DNA from: Hyphochytrium catenoides
Taxonomy: Eukaryota; Protista; Hyphochytriomycota
Length of the DNA: 64,000 nucleotides
Assembly: GCA_900088475.1 (NCBI GenBank)
Contig: FLMG01003321.1
Span: forward strand, 1 to 64,000
Direction of reading: 5' to 3'
Part shown: positions 23,766 to 36,288 of the stretch, piece by piece
Layout: every line of letters begins with the position of its first letter
Position numbering within the stretch: the first letter of the stretch is position 1
The notes under the pieces: generated by a model
What the model was told of the DNA's origin: nothing
Database searches by the model: none
What the model saw: the letters and a program-made list of their open reading frames with translations, nothing else
Made by a program: the position numbers and the translations under genes

Positions 23766-26700
23766 ATGAGTGACTGGCAAGCTCTAGGGAAGGTCCAATA
23801 CAAGAGACTTCAGCTATACGAACTGCCATGGTGAGCGATCTGGTGTCCTCCTTGTCCTTGCCCTCCGCTTTTGATGATACGTCTCAACTCCCGCGGGTAG
23901 GCACACTCTGCTTTCCTCTCGCGCTCCTTGTCACCTCTTAGTTGCTGTCCTCAGCTGCCTCTAATTACTGCTCTCCTTTGCAGGGCGAATGAAGTCGGAG
24001 ACCTTCAAAACTATATCATCTGTGCCGCTCCATTTGGAGGTGAGTTAGTCAATCGAGATAGCTGTAGCCTCTTCACTGTCACTCCGCATGGCGTTTCCTC
24101 CTCAGGTCTTCTCCGTTCCCTATCGGCCCCTCCTTTTTGATGTCAATCAAGGAGAGCTTTAAGGCTTGATCTATTAGGGCTAGAGGCTACTTTTCCATCT
24201 TCGGCACCTTTAGGGTTTACCGTTTATAGCGCTTTCCCTATCGCTCTATGCATAGAACTCAAGTTCTTGTTGCTTTCTTTGTCTTCGGGTTGCCAGGTCC
24301 CATTGCCTTGGCACGAGATGAGCGCAAGTTTGTTTTGGTTGGCAAGGGGCGAGAGCTCGTCCCGCATCTCCTCATCTACTCGCCTTCAGGCACAAAGGTT
24401 CGTGACTGTCGTGCTTCTTGTCTTCCTCTTGCCATCGGCTCGTATCCGTCTTCAATCCCTTCCTTGCTTTGTAGGGTAATCCGACATTCTCCGCTTTACC
24501 TCTGGCGTGCGCTTGCTGACCTATCAACCCTGAGTCTGTCTTCATCAGCTTCCCCCGCTCAAATGCTCAGCAGCATTTCTATATCAGTGTCTTTCAGTTA
24601 CTGACATGAGCTATAGATGGCTTCCATTCCCTGGGAAGACAAGCGCCTTTGCGTCATTGGCGGGCTTGGGTGGACTCAGGATGAGAACCTAGTGTGTGTC
24701 TTAGAGAACGGCACCGTGCTTCTCTACGATATGTTCGGACTCCTACTCAACTCCTTCCCACTGGTTCCTCCGTTGTCCAAGCTCTCTATTCTTATGGTAG
24801 AGATCTTCCAACAGAGCCTGGTGGCGTTGGACAGCGCGATGAATTTGGTCTACGTACCAAGAGTTGAAAGTGCACAGCCAAAAAGAGCATTGCTCGGCAG
24901 AAGCGCGACGCTTCTGGACGTGGGAGTAACGCCTAACAAGGTGCCGAATTGTATGGCCGTCCTGCCTCCTCAGATCACTGCCTCTGAGAGTGTTGAGGTG
25001 ATCGTGGCAACGCAGGAAGGTTCATTAGTGGTGGTGGATCCTGTAAGTCCCAGAGTGACCAAGCACTGTTTACCTTTCTCTTTATCTCTCTCTCTGTTCT
25101 CTCTACACATTTGGCTCTTCTTCCGCAAGTCCGCGGGGCTATAGCTTCCGTCCAGTAAAGTCAGGCATCCAGGTGTCTCTTGCTGTCTACCTTTGTGCCC
25201 TCTTGATATTCGTATTGATAGGTTTTATGGGCAGTTTCCGTCTCTTTTGAGCGACTACCAGCCTACCTCCAGCTGAGGATAGTGCCACATCGCCGTGATT
25301 CTAGCTCATCCTAGTGTATAAAGCCTGCTTTTGATACCGGGCTGTGCATTTTTTCTCCAGTGACTGTGCACGCCGGTAGAGCACGTGATCTTTTCCTTAC
25401 TGGTGATTTTGTTCTTTTAGAATGCGGCCGAAGATATGAAGCTGCAGGGTCGCATTACCGCGCCAATCATGAGTATGGCTGTTGCGGATAAGGGAACCTT
25501 CGTGGCCTGCTTCACCGCTGACGGTATGCTCATCGTCATGTCCACCAAGTTTGATAATAAGGTACGAAGAGTTAGAAGCTATAGACGCAAACAATGGACG
25601 ACAAAATTCAGCGCCAGCCGAGCGCAATGCTCGGCCATTGTGTTGAAGCCCTGGAATTATGTTGACGGGATCACGATAGAGAAAGGGACAGAGCGATAGG
25701 ATAGTCCGCAGAATGATAGGATAGTTAGCGAAACGACTGAATTTCGTCTTTGTCGCACTGGAACTTCCCATCAGGTTTTGGAGTTTGATACACAGACGAC
25801 TAATGTACCGCAGTATATGGTCTGGTGTGGAGAGGTAAGGCTGAGTAACGCCTCCTCTCAAGACTCTTTGTACCTAACCTAGCGCTCTCCTGCCGTTGAG
25901 ACACCTTCCTCTCTGTGGTACTGCCACTCAATGACTCGGTGACCCCTTATTCAGCTCTTGACTCTGTGTAGTTGATATCACTATACGCGCCAATCTCCTG
26001 TAAGATGGCGCTGTTATCCTTTCTGTGAAGGCACTTCTCGTACATCGCGACCATAAACTGCTTTGACCCTTCGCTATATGTCACTTTCAACTGCAGGACT
26101 CGGTGGTGCTGCACTGGAAGCAGCTGGGACTCGTCGTGGTAAGCTATTTTTAGCTCTATTGGAAAGCAATAGGCTCTTCTGCCCTCTCTACCTTCAATTT
26201 CTCAAATTATCTACCTTTGACGCTAAGGCGTTGCTTTTTGACTCTGTCGATGAAAATTGATATGTTCACCTTTGGTTGCTAGGTTGGGCCCTTCGGTGAC
26301 TGGATCAAGTATCCTTACAACGTTCCTTTATATCCGGTGCATGAGCATGACTGCTGCCGAATTTACACATCAACGTAAGTAGCGGGATAATGCTAGTTGA
26401 GCTTTCCTTTCCGTTCCCTACCTGGTGTGCGGGTTCACACCAAGTGTTATCCTTGTTCTCTGTTGGGCTTCCAGTCAACTATCCGCCATGTCGCTGCTTG
26501 GTTATGAAGTTGCTCGTCTTCACCTTTTGAAGTGGCTTATGTTGCGGCCCTGGGGACTTTTTATGACGCATTGTCCATTGATGCAGGTCTCACGAAATAA
26601 TTCAAAGAGTTCCTCCATCTATCGAGGCCATCAAAGGGATTGGCTCCACCCATCCCGCTGCAATGCTTTTCGACGCAATGGAGGCGTTCGAGTCAGGAGA

Positions 26701-29700
26701 TCCTAAAGGTAAGATCTGGTAGATTAGGTCACGTGTCTTCTTATTATTTTCCTTTACCAACCTTAGTTTCAATCTTCACCTTAGCCGACGAGAACATCCG
26801 CAGCATCAAGCAGATAGGAAAGCTCGAAGATGCTGTCACTCAATGTATAGACGCTGCCACATCTGAATTTGACTTTGATCAGCAACGATCACTATTAAGG
26901 GCAGCCTCTTACGGTGAGTGGATGCCTGCTAAGTGATAGAGAAATAGAGAACTTAGACAGTCGCTAGGAAGAGGACAAAAGAGACTCCAAAAAGAGTGAG
27001 AAAACTTTCTCGAGTGACTCCCTAGGTCTTGCACTCTCTTAAATCTCAGCTTCAACGGAAAACAGAAAGAGGAATAGCACGTAAGGGTGGAAAGGGCACC
27101 ACAAATGGGTCTAATCACTGACATCTTCATCAGGAAAGAGCTTTCAGGGAGATTATGACTCTGATATCTTCGTTGAGGCCTGCAAAATGATTAGAGTCCT
27201 AAATGCGGTCAGAGCCCCAAAGGTAAATAGGGCGTCTTACGGCTAAGAATGGGGCCCATCGTACCCCATCTCAACCTTGCCACATAGTCGTTTGCCTTTA
27301 CATACCATACCTCCCTCCTTCTTCATCATGCCCAGTCATTGTAGCTCTTCTCACCATTTGCCTCATCCTTGAATGTCCGCACAGATTGGCCTTCCTTTGA
27401 CAGCTTCCCAGTATAAGCTTCTCACGCCGGAGATCTGTATCAACCGTTTGATAGTGCGCAAGCATTACTTTTTGGCAGCCAAGATATGCGACTATCTAAA
27501 AGTCAGCAAGGACGGGGTGCTAGTCAACTGGGCATGTGAGAAGGTATTCTGCTCATTTAAAATCTACTTCAAACTCCCCGTTTCTTTGATGCAAAGGGCC
27601 TGACTGATGACAGGATTGCGACCTCACTAGCTACCTACCCTTTTAGTCCTGGGTGCCCTTGAACGATCTCCCTCTGACCACTTCCTCAGGAGAGCCTTTG
27701 CCTCAATCAAGCTACTGCTTTCTTCCACCTTCTTAGTTGCACTCTCACGCTGGGTTTACCTTACATCTCTCGACCTTTGCAATGCCGATCGCCCATTCTA
27801 TGCCACAGATCAAGGTTTCCGCTGATGTGGGCGACAATGAGTTACTGAACCTTATTAGAAAGAAGCTTGGCACAAAGAAGAATATATCGTAAGCCACTCG
27901 GCCAAACACTTCCGAAAATTCTGCTCTCTATGTCTCCTTGTTGATCTGCTGGTGGCGCAAGATAAGCCCAATGGACCGTGTTGCTCTTGGTGCTTAGTCA
28001 CTACTAAGTGCTCCCTCAACCTTATGCGGGCTCTGGGTCTTTGCTCATTTATATCCACGCCCGCCTAGATATGCTGGGATCGCTGCAATAGCTGAGCAAG
28101 TGGGACGGAGAAGGCTGGCCACTATGCTTCTGGACTATGAACCTAAACCTGCTGATCAGGTAGGAAAAGTACAGACGAGAATTGCCGGTTCCTGCAAAGA
28201 AGTTTATGAGTCAGAGTTAGCGTCTTGCCTCCCTGACCTCCACATATGCATTTTTAACCCCATCCATCTCATTCAAGACCTCTTTCATGACCGCGCTTAC
28301 ACCCGCAAATTTAAGTTTCCTTCGCTGAATTCTTTCTCCGTAGGTCCCTCTGCTACTATCAATGAAAGAAGAGGAGCTTGCTTTGAAGAAAGCAATCGCG
28401 TCTAGTGATGTTGATCTGCAGTATATGGTGCTGCTTTACCTTCTAAACATGTGAGTGCGGTCATCATCGCTCTCTTGGTAGCTATGTTCTTGCCTTCCAA
28501 TTATTGATACTTTTTCCTCTTGTTGCGTCCCCGTCTCTCCCTTCTGTCATCGCGGGGTCATTAACTCATAAATGATGCAGCAAAAAGTCTGATGAAGACT
28601 TCTACACCCTCCTTTTCAAAGAAGGCCACGGAGAGGCAGTTGATTTACTGGTAGGCAATATTTGCACTGAAACCTAATATTCCACTGTGAGAGATGGGAC
28701 GCATTCTACCCATCATATGTTATACTTGCCTCTCACTTCGACCGCTTGGCGTCTTTCTCTCCAATCCTATGTCAAGCTCTAAACCACCTTCGATACCATC
28801 CATGCACGTGCCCCTGGGCGCGTTTTTTTACTATGCAGGTCGCTTACTATAAGAATGACCGCTCTGATGCTGGGCTGGCCCGGTTAAGTGATTTCTTCCT
28901 TGCGTCTGGCCATGTGAACGAGGCTGCGGCCTTCTCTATTCAAAAGGCATACCTGGCTCCCGACCTCACAGGAAGGATGAACGAGCTTTCAAACGCTCAA
29001 CAACTTTATCTTAAAGCCAAAAGCACTTTCCACGCTAAGGTGAGGTACAACCTTTCGCTGAAAAGCGTATAGGCATTTGGAGACTCCATACCTGGTCATT
29101 TCCTGTTTTTTCCCTTGTTCTCTGCTCTGTCCATTCAAGCAGACCCCTTCCAGGCTTTGGCCTCTTATTTCGTGCCTCTTAGTTCGTTAGTTCTACCTGC
29201 AGTTATCTATGCCATCCATATGTGCTGGTTTGTCTCTTCTGTTCTTTCTTATTGCGAGGCAAGGGTGACGTGGTGTGTTCAAAATGGATGGCTGAACGGC
29301 GATTTTTTGAACCGACAGCCCAGCTACACCTCTATAGAGTTGATGGCGTACTTCTCTTTCGCTATGGCTTCTCTACCTATTATGTTAGGAAGTGTACTTG
29401 CTTCTGGTGCATGTGGTCCTTACATTATGTGCGCCACCCCTCCATTCTCTCCTGCAGTGCGTAGAGGAACAGAAAGAGCTTCTACTCGAGCAACGAAAGC
29501 TAGAGGAGAAGACTGGTCCTGGAGTTTTCTTTGACAAGTCAGTTCACGAGACAATTTATCTGCTTTGCACAATGTCTGGGGAGAAGCCACAACTACTTCC
29601 ACACGCGGCCTCCATTGCCAAAAAGTTCAAAGTGCCGGATAAGAGGTGAGGAGAGGCGGTGATGCTCTATACCTTTTTTGTTCATTTTAAGCTTTTCGGA

Positions 29701-30380
29701 GAGTCCTAACATCAGTGCCCCCAGCTTCTACTTTACAAAGATCCGTGCTTTGGCGGATACAAGGCAGTGGGACTCGCTCATGAGGTTCGCTAATGAGAAG
29801 AAGCCTCCTGTTGGATATAAGGTTTGGCAATCCCGCTCCTACGTGTCCGTATCAACCTGCTTCAAGTCACATCTGCCAAGAAGTATAGGGATACCGCCCC
29901 TCTGGTTCCTTTCCATCTCTTCCTCAATGCGCCTAATTTCATCCATATCTTTCTCCTTTCAATCATACTCATTTCGCCCTGCGCAGCCTTTTGCCGTCAC
30001 GGCCTACCGCGAAGGGGAGCAAAACCACTTCGAGATTTACCTGCAGAAAATGAACAACGAAGAGAAGTTCCAGACTTTTGCTGCCCTAGGGTAAGAGACC
30101 AACTTCCAATGTCTTTCCTTCTCATTCTTATCTCTCTTGAGCTACTGACCTCAGTGATCTGTCTCAAAACACTTGTGCTTTGCCACTCCGTGGCCGTCCT
30201 ATCCCACTGCTAATGAACTATGGCTCATGCGCTTTGTCGTCTTGCAGTCTGTGGAATGAGGCCACAGATGTCGCCATTAGGGCGAAAGATGCGGACAAGC
30301 TGATGGAGGTCAAGTACAACTGTGATGACACTCCGTTGATACAGAAGATAGATGATGCCCTGGCACGCAAGTTCAAGTAG
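23766..30380 (+). CDS. VPS16: Vacuolar protein sorting 16 (HOPS/CORVET core subunit), many exons
   Basis: MSDWQALGKVQYKRLQLYELPW, CAAPFGGPIALARDE, QYMVWCGEDSVVLHW, LLRAASYGK, IGLPLT, LATMLLDYEP, QVPLLLSM, FKVPDKRFY and KKPPVGY. Confidence 0.93.
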
Positions 30381-30831
30381 ACAGACTGGACAAGAACGAT
30401 GAAAATAGACAGCGAGGTGCAAGTGGCGACACTGTAAAGGGCTTCTGACAGGCTTCCATCACCTAGGGAAGCTACCGAGAGAGAGACTTATAAGTCTAGT
30501 ATAGGAGGGAGGCGCTAAAAGCGTTTGTCAGATGCAGGATGCTCTAGTAGACGTTCCTCTATGAGTTGGCACCACAAAAGTGCGGTGACAATGGTCTATT
30601 CTCCCAGAGTGGACCTTTCTACGCTCCACATCCTTCCATCTGTTGCCTATGAGAGGCATGTTGGCATTGCCAGTGGTCGCATGGAAGAAGGAAAGGAATA
30701 GCTCTGAGGATTCCTATCTCTTACACAAAGCAGGACCATCTATCTATTGCATGTTAAGTCTGAAGAGGAACCTGACAGAGTTTTATTCACCTAGATGGCC
30801 ATGCTCATCTTCCTTTCAGCGCTGTTGGCAA

Positions 30832-32700
30832 TCAATCCTCCTTCACCTTTGCAGCTGTTCCTAGGAGCTTCTGCCTAATTTTACTGACTAGAGAAGCCTT
30901 CTTTACCTTTTTAATCTCTGCTTCCTTCTTCTCTTCTATGGCAGTCTCAAGTCGGGAAGGAAGTCTCTTTCTTGCCACAGCGTTTAGGAGGGTGCCGACG
31001 ATGAAGGCAATGAGAGTGGAAGTCAAAGTAATCACATTGTATGGCATTGTGAAGTCTGGCGTAGGGAGCATCACCAGCAGAGGCTCCGTGATGACTTCGA
31101 GCGCCTCCTGTCTCTTCTCTTGTCCTCCTCGAGAAAAAGTGACATATCCTGGCCCTATATCAAAGCCTCTACTGGCGTCAGGCGGATAGTCACTTATAGG
31201 AAGAAAGACTTTGTCAACATCAAGAGAGAAGAGCACCACGGAGAGAGGAGGGAGGTTGAACTCCAGCATGGTGACGCCTGGTGCCCCGTGGTCTTCTGCA
31301 GGCCTAACCTCGAACCTAGAGAAAACCTCGTCGATGCTTCGTCTAGTCCCGTTGATAGAGACACGCAGAGAGTGATAGTACGCTCTTAAAAACCAGGGGA
31401 GAATGTCTAGATACCGAACGGAGAGGGCGAAAGGAGAGAGGTTGGAGAAGCGAGTGGTGACTCCTCCTCTGGCTTGACCAACGCCATAGAGGAAACGATG
31501 GACGTCCACTGCTGCTTTCCCATTACTTCTCGAGGGAGTCCACTTCTTCAGCCACTGCTGAGAGAGAGAGAGCGCTTCAGACGAAAGAGAGAGAACAATG
31601 ACCTTGCACACTTTCTGTTTGTCATCTCTCTTCACTTCCTTCGCCTTCTCCCTTAACATATCTGAGGACAATGTCCATGAACTGGAAGGAACGGAAAAGG
31701 AGCCGGTGAACTGTGGGAGGATGTCTTCTCCTTCTATCACTTCTGTGAGGATGTCTGAGCGCCTTGCTATCGGACATTGAGAGATGCCTGAAAGATCTGA
31801 AGGTGGCTGTATGATATCCCGTAAAGTGAGAGGGAGAGAGTGCGTGGACGAGAGAGGTTTGTGCACCACAGTGAGCGTCATATCAGCCCTTACACTTTGC
31901 CGAGATAAGGAGGAGCTCTCACCCTTGTCTCGCTTTCTACTGAGGGAGAGAGTCATCGCATGGTACTGGCTTCTATAGACAGCCTTTGGGTTGATTAGAG
32001 CGGCCAGTCCCTGGTGGTGCCGGCAAGGCAGAAGCTTTAGCCATGGCGTAAGATTCTCAGTGCACACTGTCTCGCGTGACAGAACGCCGTAGAATTCCTC
32101 TCCTCTCTTTCTGTCCCGTTCTGCGTTCCCATGGTGCCTCTCTCCTTCCCTTCCTAAGTGTTCCACTGTTCTCCAGTGGAAAGGGACCGTCCGCGTCTCA
32201 TCTAAGAGGCTCAGAGATGCGCAGGAAAGGCCTGATAAGCTTCTCTTCACCTCCTCTAGACGAGCAGCAACGTCCTTAGACTTGGAAAGCGAGGTGGAGG
32301 GAGAGAAACGGACATATAGACTTGCTCCAGAAGGAACTGCTTCTAAAGGTTCGCCCCAGAGAGGAAGGTTCCATCGCCCTTGGCTAAAGGAGAGACGGAC
32401 TTCCTCTAAGTCGTATCTTTCTAGAAGCTGAGAAAGAACCTTTGGGACCGTGTCGTGCTCTCCGGAGAAATAAAGAGAGGACGACGACGAGGAAGAAGAG
32501 GACGCCGGAGAAAGAGAGAACTGCTCGGGAGCGCTCAGCAAGGAGAAGTGAAAGTGTGTGAGTGTGGTGGGATAAGGTAAGACGGAGCGCAGATAGAGAG
32601 ACTCATTGAACTCTCCTCGGACAGAAAGACTGCTACCTGGGTGGCTTAGCCAGACAAGCACGGAGACACAGGACAGGAGTTTGCACACAGGCATGTGCAT
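30832..32700 (-). CDS. PIGT: GPI transamidase subunit PIG-T/Gpi16, single exon
   Basis: Signal peptide; LSFSQGRW; LSGLSCASL; RETVCTENLTPWLKLLPC; YPPDASRGFDI; LPTPDFTMPYNVITLT TM segment; C-terminal KVKED di-lysine-like ER signal. Confidence 0.95.
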   Translation of the reverse strand: MHMPVCKLLSCVSVLVWLSHPGSSLSVRGEFNESLYLRSVLPYPTTLTHFHFSLLSAPEQFSLSPASSSSSSSSSLYFSGEHDTVPKVLSQLLERYDLEEVRLSFSQGRWNLPLWGEPLEAVPSGASLYVRFSPSTSLSKSKDVAARLEEVKRSLSGLSCASLSLLDETRTVPFHWRTVEHLGREGERHHGNAERDRKRGEEFYGVLSRETVCTENLTPWLKLLPCRHHQGLAALINPKAVYRSQYHAMTLSLSRKRDKGESSSLSRQSVRADMTLTVVHKPLSSTHSLPLTLRDIIQPPSDLSGISQCPIARRSDILTEVIEGEDILPQFTGSFSVPSSSWTLSSDMLREKAKEVKRDDKQKVCKVIVLSLSSEALSLSQQWLKKWTPSRSNGKAAVDVHRFLYGVGQARGGVTTRFSNLSPFALSVRYLDILPWFLRAYYHSLRVSINGTRRSIDEVFSRFEVRPAEDHGAPGVTMLEFNLPPLSVVLFSLDVDKVFLPISDYPPDASRGFDIGPGYVTFSRGGQEKRQEALEVITEPLLVMLPTPDFTMPYNVITLTSTLIAFIVGTLLNAVARKRLPSRLETAIEEKKEAEIKKVKKASLVSKIRQKLLGTAAKVKED

Positions 32701-33600
32701 CTTTTATATCTACTTTTCCCGTCGTGGGCAGTTGCCACGACCCGGACTGAACGGGCAGTCAGGAACAAGGAGACAAGGACCTGAAGAGCAAGGGACAGGG
32801 CGTGCAGAAGCAAAGGAGACGAGTGAAAGGGACAGAAGGCCCCTAGCGATCGCTATTCAGGAGGCAACCCCTGCTACTGCCTTCATCTTCCTTCGCCTAA
32901 TAGCGCCTATAAAGTGGCTACGCCTCCACCGCGCCGCTCTTCTCCTGGTTCTTGCACAGCGGGTCCGATCGTCTTCCAGTCTACAGCTTCTCTTCGGGTG
33001 GGACATGAAGCTCAAAATGACCACGAACAACCATAAAAGGAAGATTTGCAGATTGCAGAACCACACTATGCGAGACAGAGTCAACAGTAGAGAGACAGAG
33101 TCAATATAGGTACAATTCTGTTTGTCTTTAAACCCAGTTACAGAAAAACAGAAGTACCGGAGAGGCACGATGCAGTAAGAGATGGACCCATCATGGTTTG
33201 ACCTCTAAGAGAGGAGTGCTAGCACTTTACAAACTACTGCTAACAGCTCCACGATGCCAAGGATCCTTTTGAAGCGCTGCACGCTGCACAGCTAGAGCCA
33301 TCCTTCGCGCGTTGTGTCTCTCCGCTAGTTAGGTTCCTCCTTTTCGCATGTGTCCAGCACGGAGAGAGAGTCCGGAGCAGTAAGATGCTCTATGCAGTGA
33401 TGCGTGCTAAAGTCATCGATTGCCAACCCAGGGAATTGCTCCAAGTGCACACCAATGTCGCCTTCCTTGATAGCATAGGGCAGACCAGTGCTCTGGGAGA
33501 GTATTGAGGCCATGAAGTGGAACAAGGACGGTCACACGCCTTTACTAGTTGGCGTAGTCTCACTTCCTCAGTAGTGAACCCTTTGAGATTGCTTAGGGTT

Positions 33601-33673
33601 GGAGAGCGGGGAACTGAAGCTAACAATCACCACCTTGGATGAGCGGCGAACTGAAGCTAACAATCACCACCTT
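33601..33673. repeat. Direct tandem duplication of about 36-37 bp (intergenic)
   Basis: gga(t)gagcgg(g/c)gaactgaagctaacaatcaccacctt occurs twice. Confidence 0.9.
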
Positions 33674-33892
33674 CTCCGGCCAAGTTACAAGGACACCATT
33701 TAGATACTACTGTGCCTGGAATTACTGACAAGCGCTGTTTGGGTGCTGGGTAATGTGGCGAACGCGCGGCTACCGGCAGGCCACACAGAAGCAGAGCTGT
33801 AATGGCGTTGCTCCTGGTTGTGCTTACGAACAAACAGATGGGCAGAACCGCGGTGGAGCGATGACATTCAGGACATTAACTAGTAGGATCGT

Positions 33893-35485
33893 CTACAGTC
33901 TCTTAGATCTTGCGCTCGACGAGCTAACCGCCGCTTTTGCCTCCTCCCTTTGCAACTCCATAATCCTTAGTCTTTTCTCGTTATTAGCGATTGCACTTGA
34001 AGTAAACGTGGATTCTGAAGAACGCGTAAGATTTTCTTACGCCCTCTTCATCTCTGCAAGTTGCTTCTTGATAGCCGCTTTTTGCTCTCTGTAACTCTCA
34101 AGCTGGACATATTTGAGGTTAGGAATTGTCACCGAGAGTCATTGATTAAGGTATGACGCAGCAGGGGACTGGGAGAGGAACGGAGATTGCGAGAGGGCGG
34201 AACAGAGGACAAAAGCAGAGAGACCATAGAAAAAAACAAGACTGTGTGCTCTCATACCGTCTCCTTATCCGCGGCAGAAGGCTTGCCTTTGACCTGGCGC
34301 AAAAGCTCGTCCTCTATCTTACGAATCTGCTCAAGATCCTCCCGCAGTCGCTTCTTCAGTTCCTCACCAGTGAGGGGCGTGACAGGGACCAGCTCCGCGA
34401 TGGCTAGCGTCAGCCATCAGAAGTAGGAGGTGCGAAGAAGAATATTGAGTGACAGGACGCAACAGAAAGAGCTAGGGCCAAGAAGATATGACGAGGGGAA
34501 AAGTCCTTATGAGCCATAAATGACGAGCTGAACATAGATGACTTGACACAAAAGGGACAGATCCTTCCAAAGGAGACAGATACTTCCAGAGTAAGAAAGA
34601 CACCCATTAGGGACTAGCAGCAAACCTGGCTTCACTTCATGGATAGGCTGGTGTTCCGGAGCATGAACGATCGCAGGAGCAGGGGCAGGAGTGGGTGGAA
34701 CAGTTTCCTTGACAACAGCCCTGTGGAGACAAGCAAGGAGGTGGGAATGATTATTCAAAGAGAGGCATGACATATACCTACGAGCGTAGCAGAAGAAGCA
34801 GTATAGAGATTTAAGATCCTAGGCACTTGAAGGGGACAACTTCAGAATCTATACAGAACTAAGCTGCCGTACGTGGGCTCGTCAAGCTTGAGGAGCTTTG
34901 AGTCTCCAAACTTCTTGCTCTGTTCTGCGCGCCATTGCTCATACTCGTCCAGGCTCATATTGTGCTCAACCTTCTCAGTCTCTTGCAGGTACTGCGTGTA
35001 ATAATAGTACCCGCCACTGCATGGGTGGAGAACAGAAAAAAAGGGATAATGAGACGTTGCATGAAGCGCCACGGATTGCCTGATAAATCTGTGAGGCGAC
35101 ACGGCAAAGTGGACTTGCTTTGGATCAGAGTGAAAGCAAACACTCACCCAATCGCAGCAGCGGTGAGAATCAGGGGAAGAGAACTTGATCCTCCCTTGTT
35201 GTTCGGGGGTGGAAGAGGTGGAGGAGGAGTCTGGGTGGTGCTAAGCCTCCTGGTGGTGTGCTGCGACAAGAACAGATTAGAGAACAGACATGAACTTTCA
35301 GGGACTATCAGGGACTAATTGGAGGCAAAGAGCTACGTCGTTCTCACGAGAGATTACGATGTCCGGTCTCCTCTTGTTTTCTTATCTCCTGCTTTTTCTT
35401 CTCTGTTGCGCCCCTAACTTACCAGGGTTGCACGGCGGCTGAGACGACCCAGATTGCAGATCGCGCCTTTCGAAATTGAAGTCAT
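33893..35485 (-). CDS. Uncharacterised protein: mitochondrial-type presequence, one TM anchor, C-terminal coiled coil, about 6-7 exons
   Basis: In-phase exons MTSISKGAICNLGRLSRRATL|HTTRRLSTTQ...LPLILTAAAIG|GGYYYYTQ...; later EELKKRLREDLEQIRKIEDELL and LESYREQKAAIKKQLAEMKR. The 3' end is either 34037 or 33893. Confidence 0.65.
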
Positions 35486-36288
35486 GATGAAGGACCGTGT
35501 TTGAGTTCGTTACGAAGAAGCACTTCTTCTATTGCGTTTGGATTAGTTCTAGCTCGTATCCGAATGCTGCGGATGCGGATTTAGAGCTTGCTTCCAGAGA
35601 CCACCAGCACAGAGATTATTGCGAATTCGGCCTTCGTGATACAAAAGATTTCTGCGAAAAATTTGCCCTTCTCTCTCACACTCTCTATTTCAATCTCTCT
35701 CTCTCTCTCTTTATCTCACTCTCTCTCTGTTCTACTTTCCTAACACTCTCTTTCTCTGTCTCGCTCATTTGTCTCTCTCCCGCTCTGTCTCCCTTCACTC
35801 ATTGCCTTCTTATCTCTGTCACTCATCCGCCTCTTCTTCTTCCCTTCCTTTTGGCCCTTTCTCTGTCTTCCGCCATCGCCCACTGCCATTCCGCCATCTC
35901 TCCCAGGCTCTTCCTCTCAGTGAATCATATATTGACGGTCAGTTCTCCACATCTCTTACATCTATTTGTCCGCTCTATCTCCTCTATTCAACTTCAACCT
36001 TGTGCAATGACATAATCTATTGATGGAATTCACAATACCCACAGGCCTTTGTTAGCCGCTAACCGCCTTCTCCCAAAGGTTGAAACGGCGCAGTGGACAT
36101 TGAGCTTGCGGCGAGAAGAAATGATCAAAGCGCACAGAGTTCGAAGATCCGTACGTCGTAGGATGAGGCGCGCTATGCTAGGAGAACATCTGCAGCGTCA
36201 TTGCTTCACGAAGAAGGTCTCGAACGCTATTAAGTGGTAGAGAGAGGCCAAGTGGCACTGTGCTCTGCATCCAAAAGTTATTGGAAAG

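Noticed and set aside
32606-33626. Short ORFs upstream of PIG-T
   Set aside because: Overlapping, mostly non-ATG starts and no motifs; cannot be supported as genes.
33601-33673. 36-37 bp repeat resembling a CRISPR repeat in length
   Set aside because: Only two adjacent copies, no spacers, no cas genes and a eukaryotic context; a simple tandem duplication.
35497-36023. Hydrophobic 172-aa ORF
   Set aside because: Derived from a CT-rich microsatellite tract (Leu/Ser bias) with a non-ATG start.
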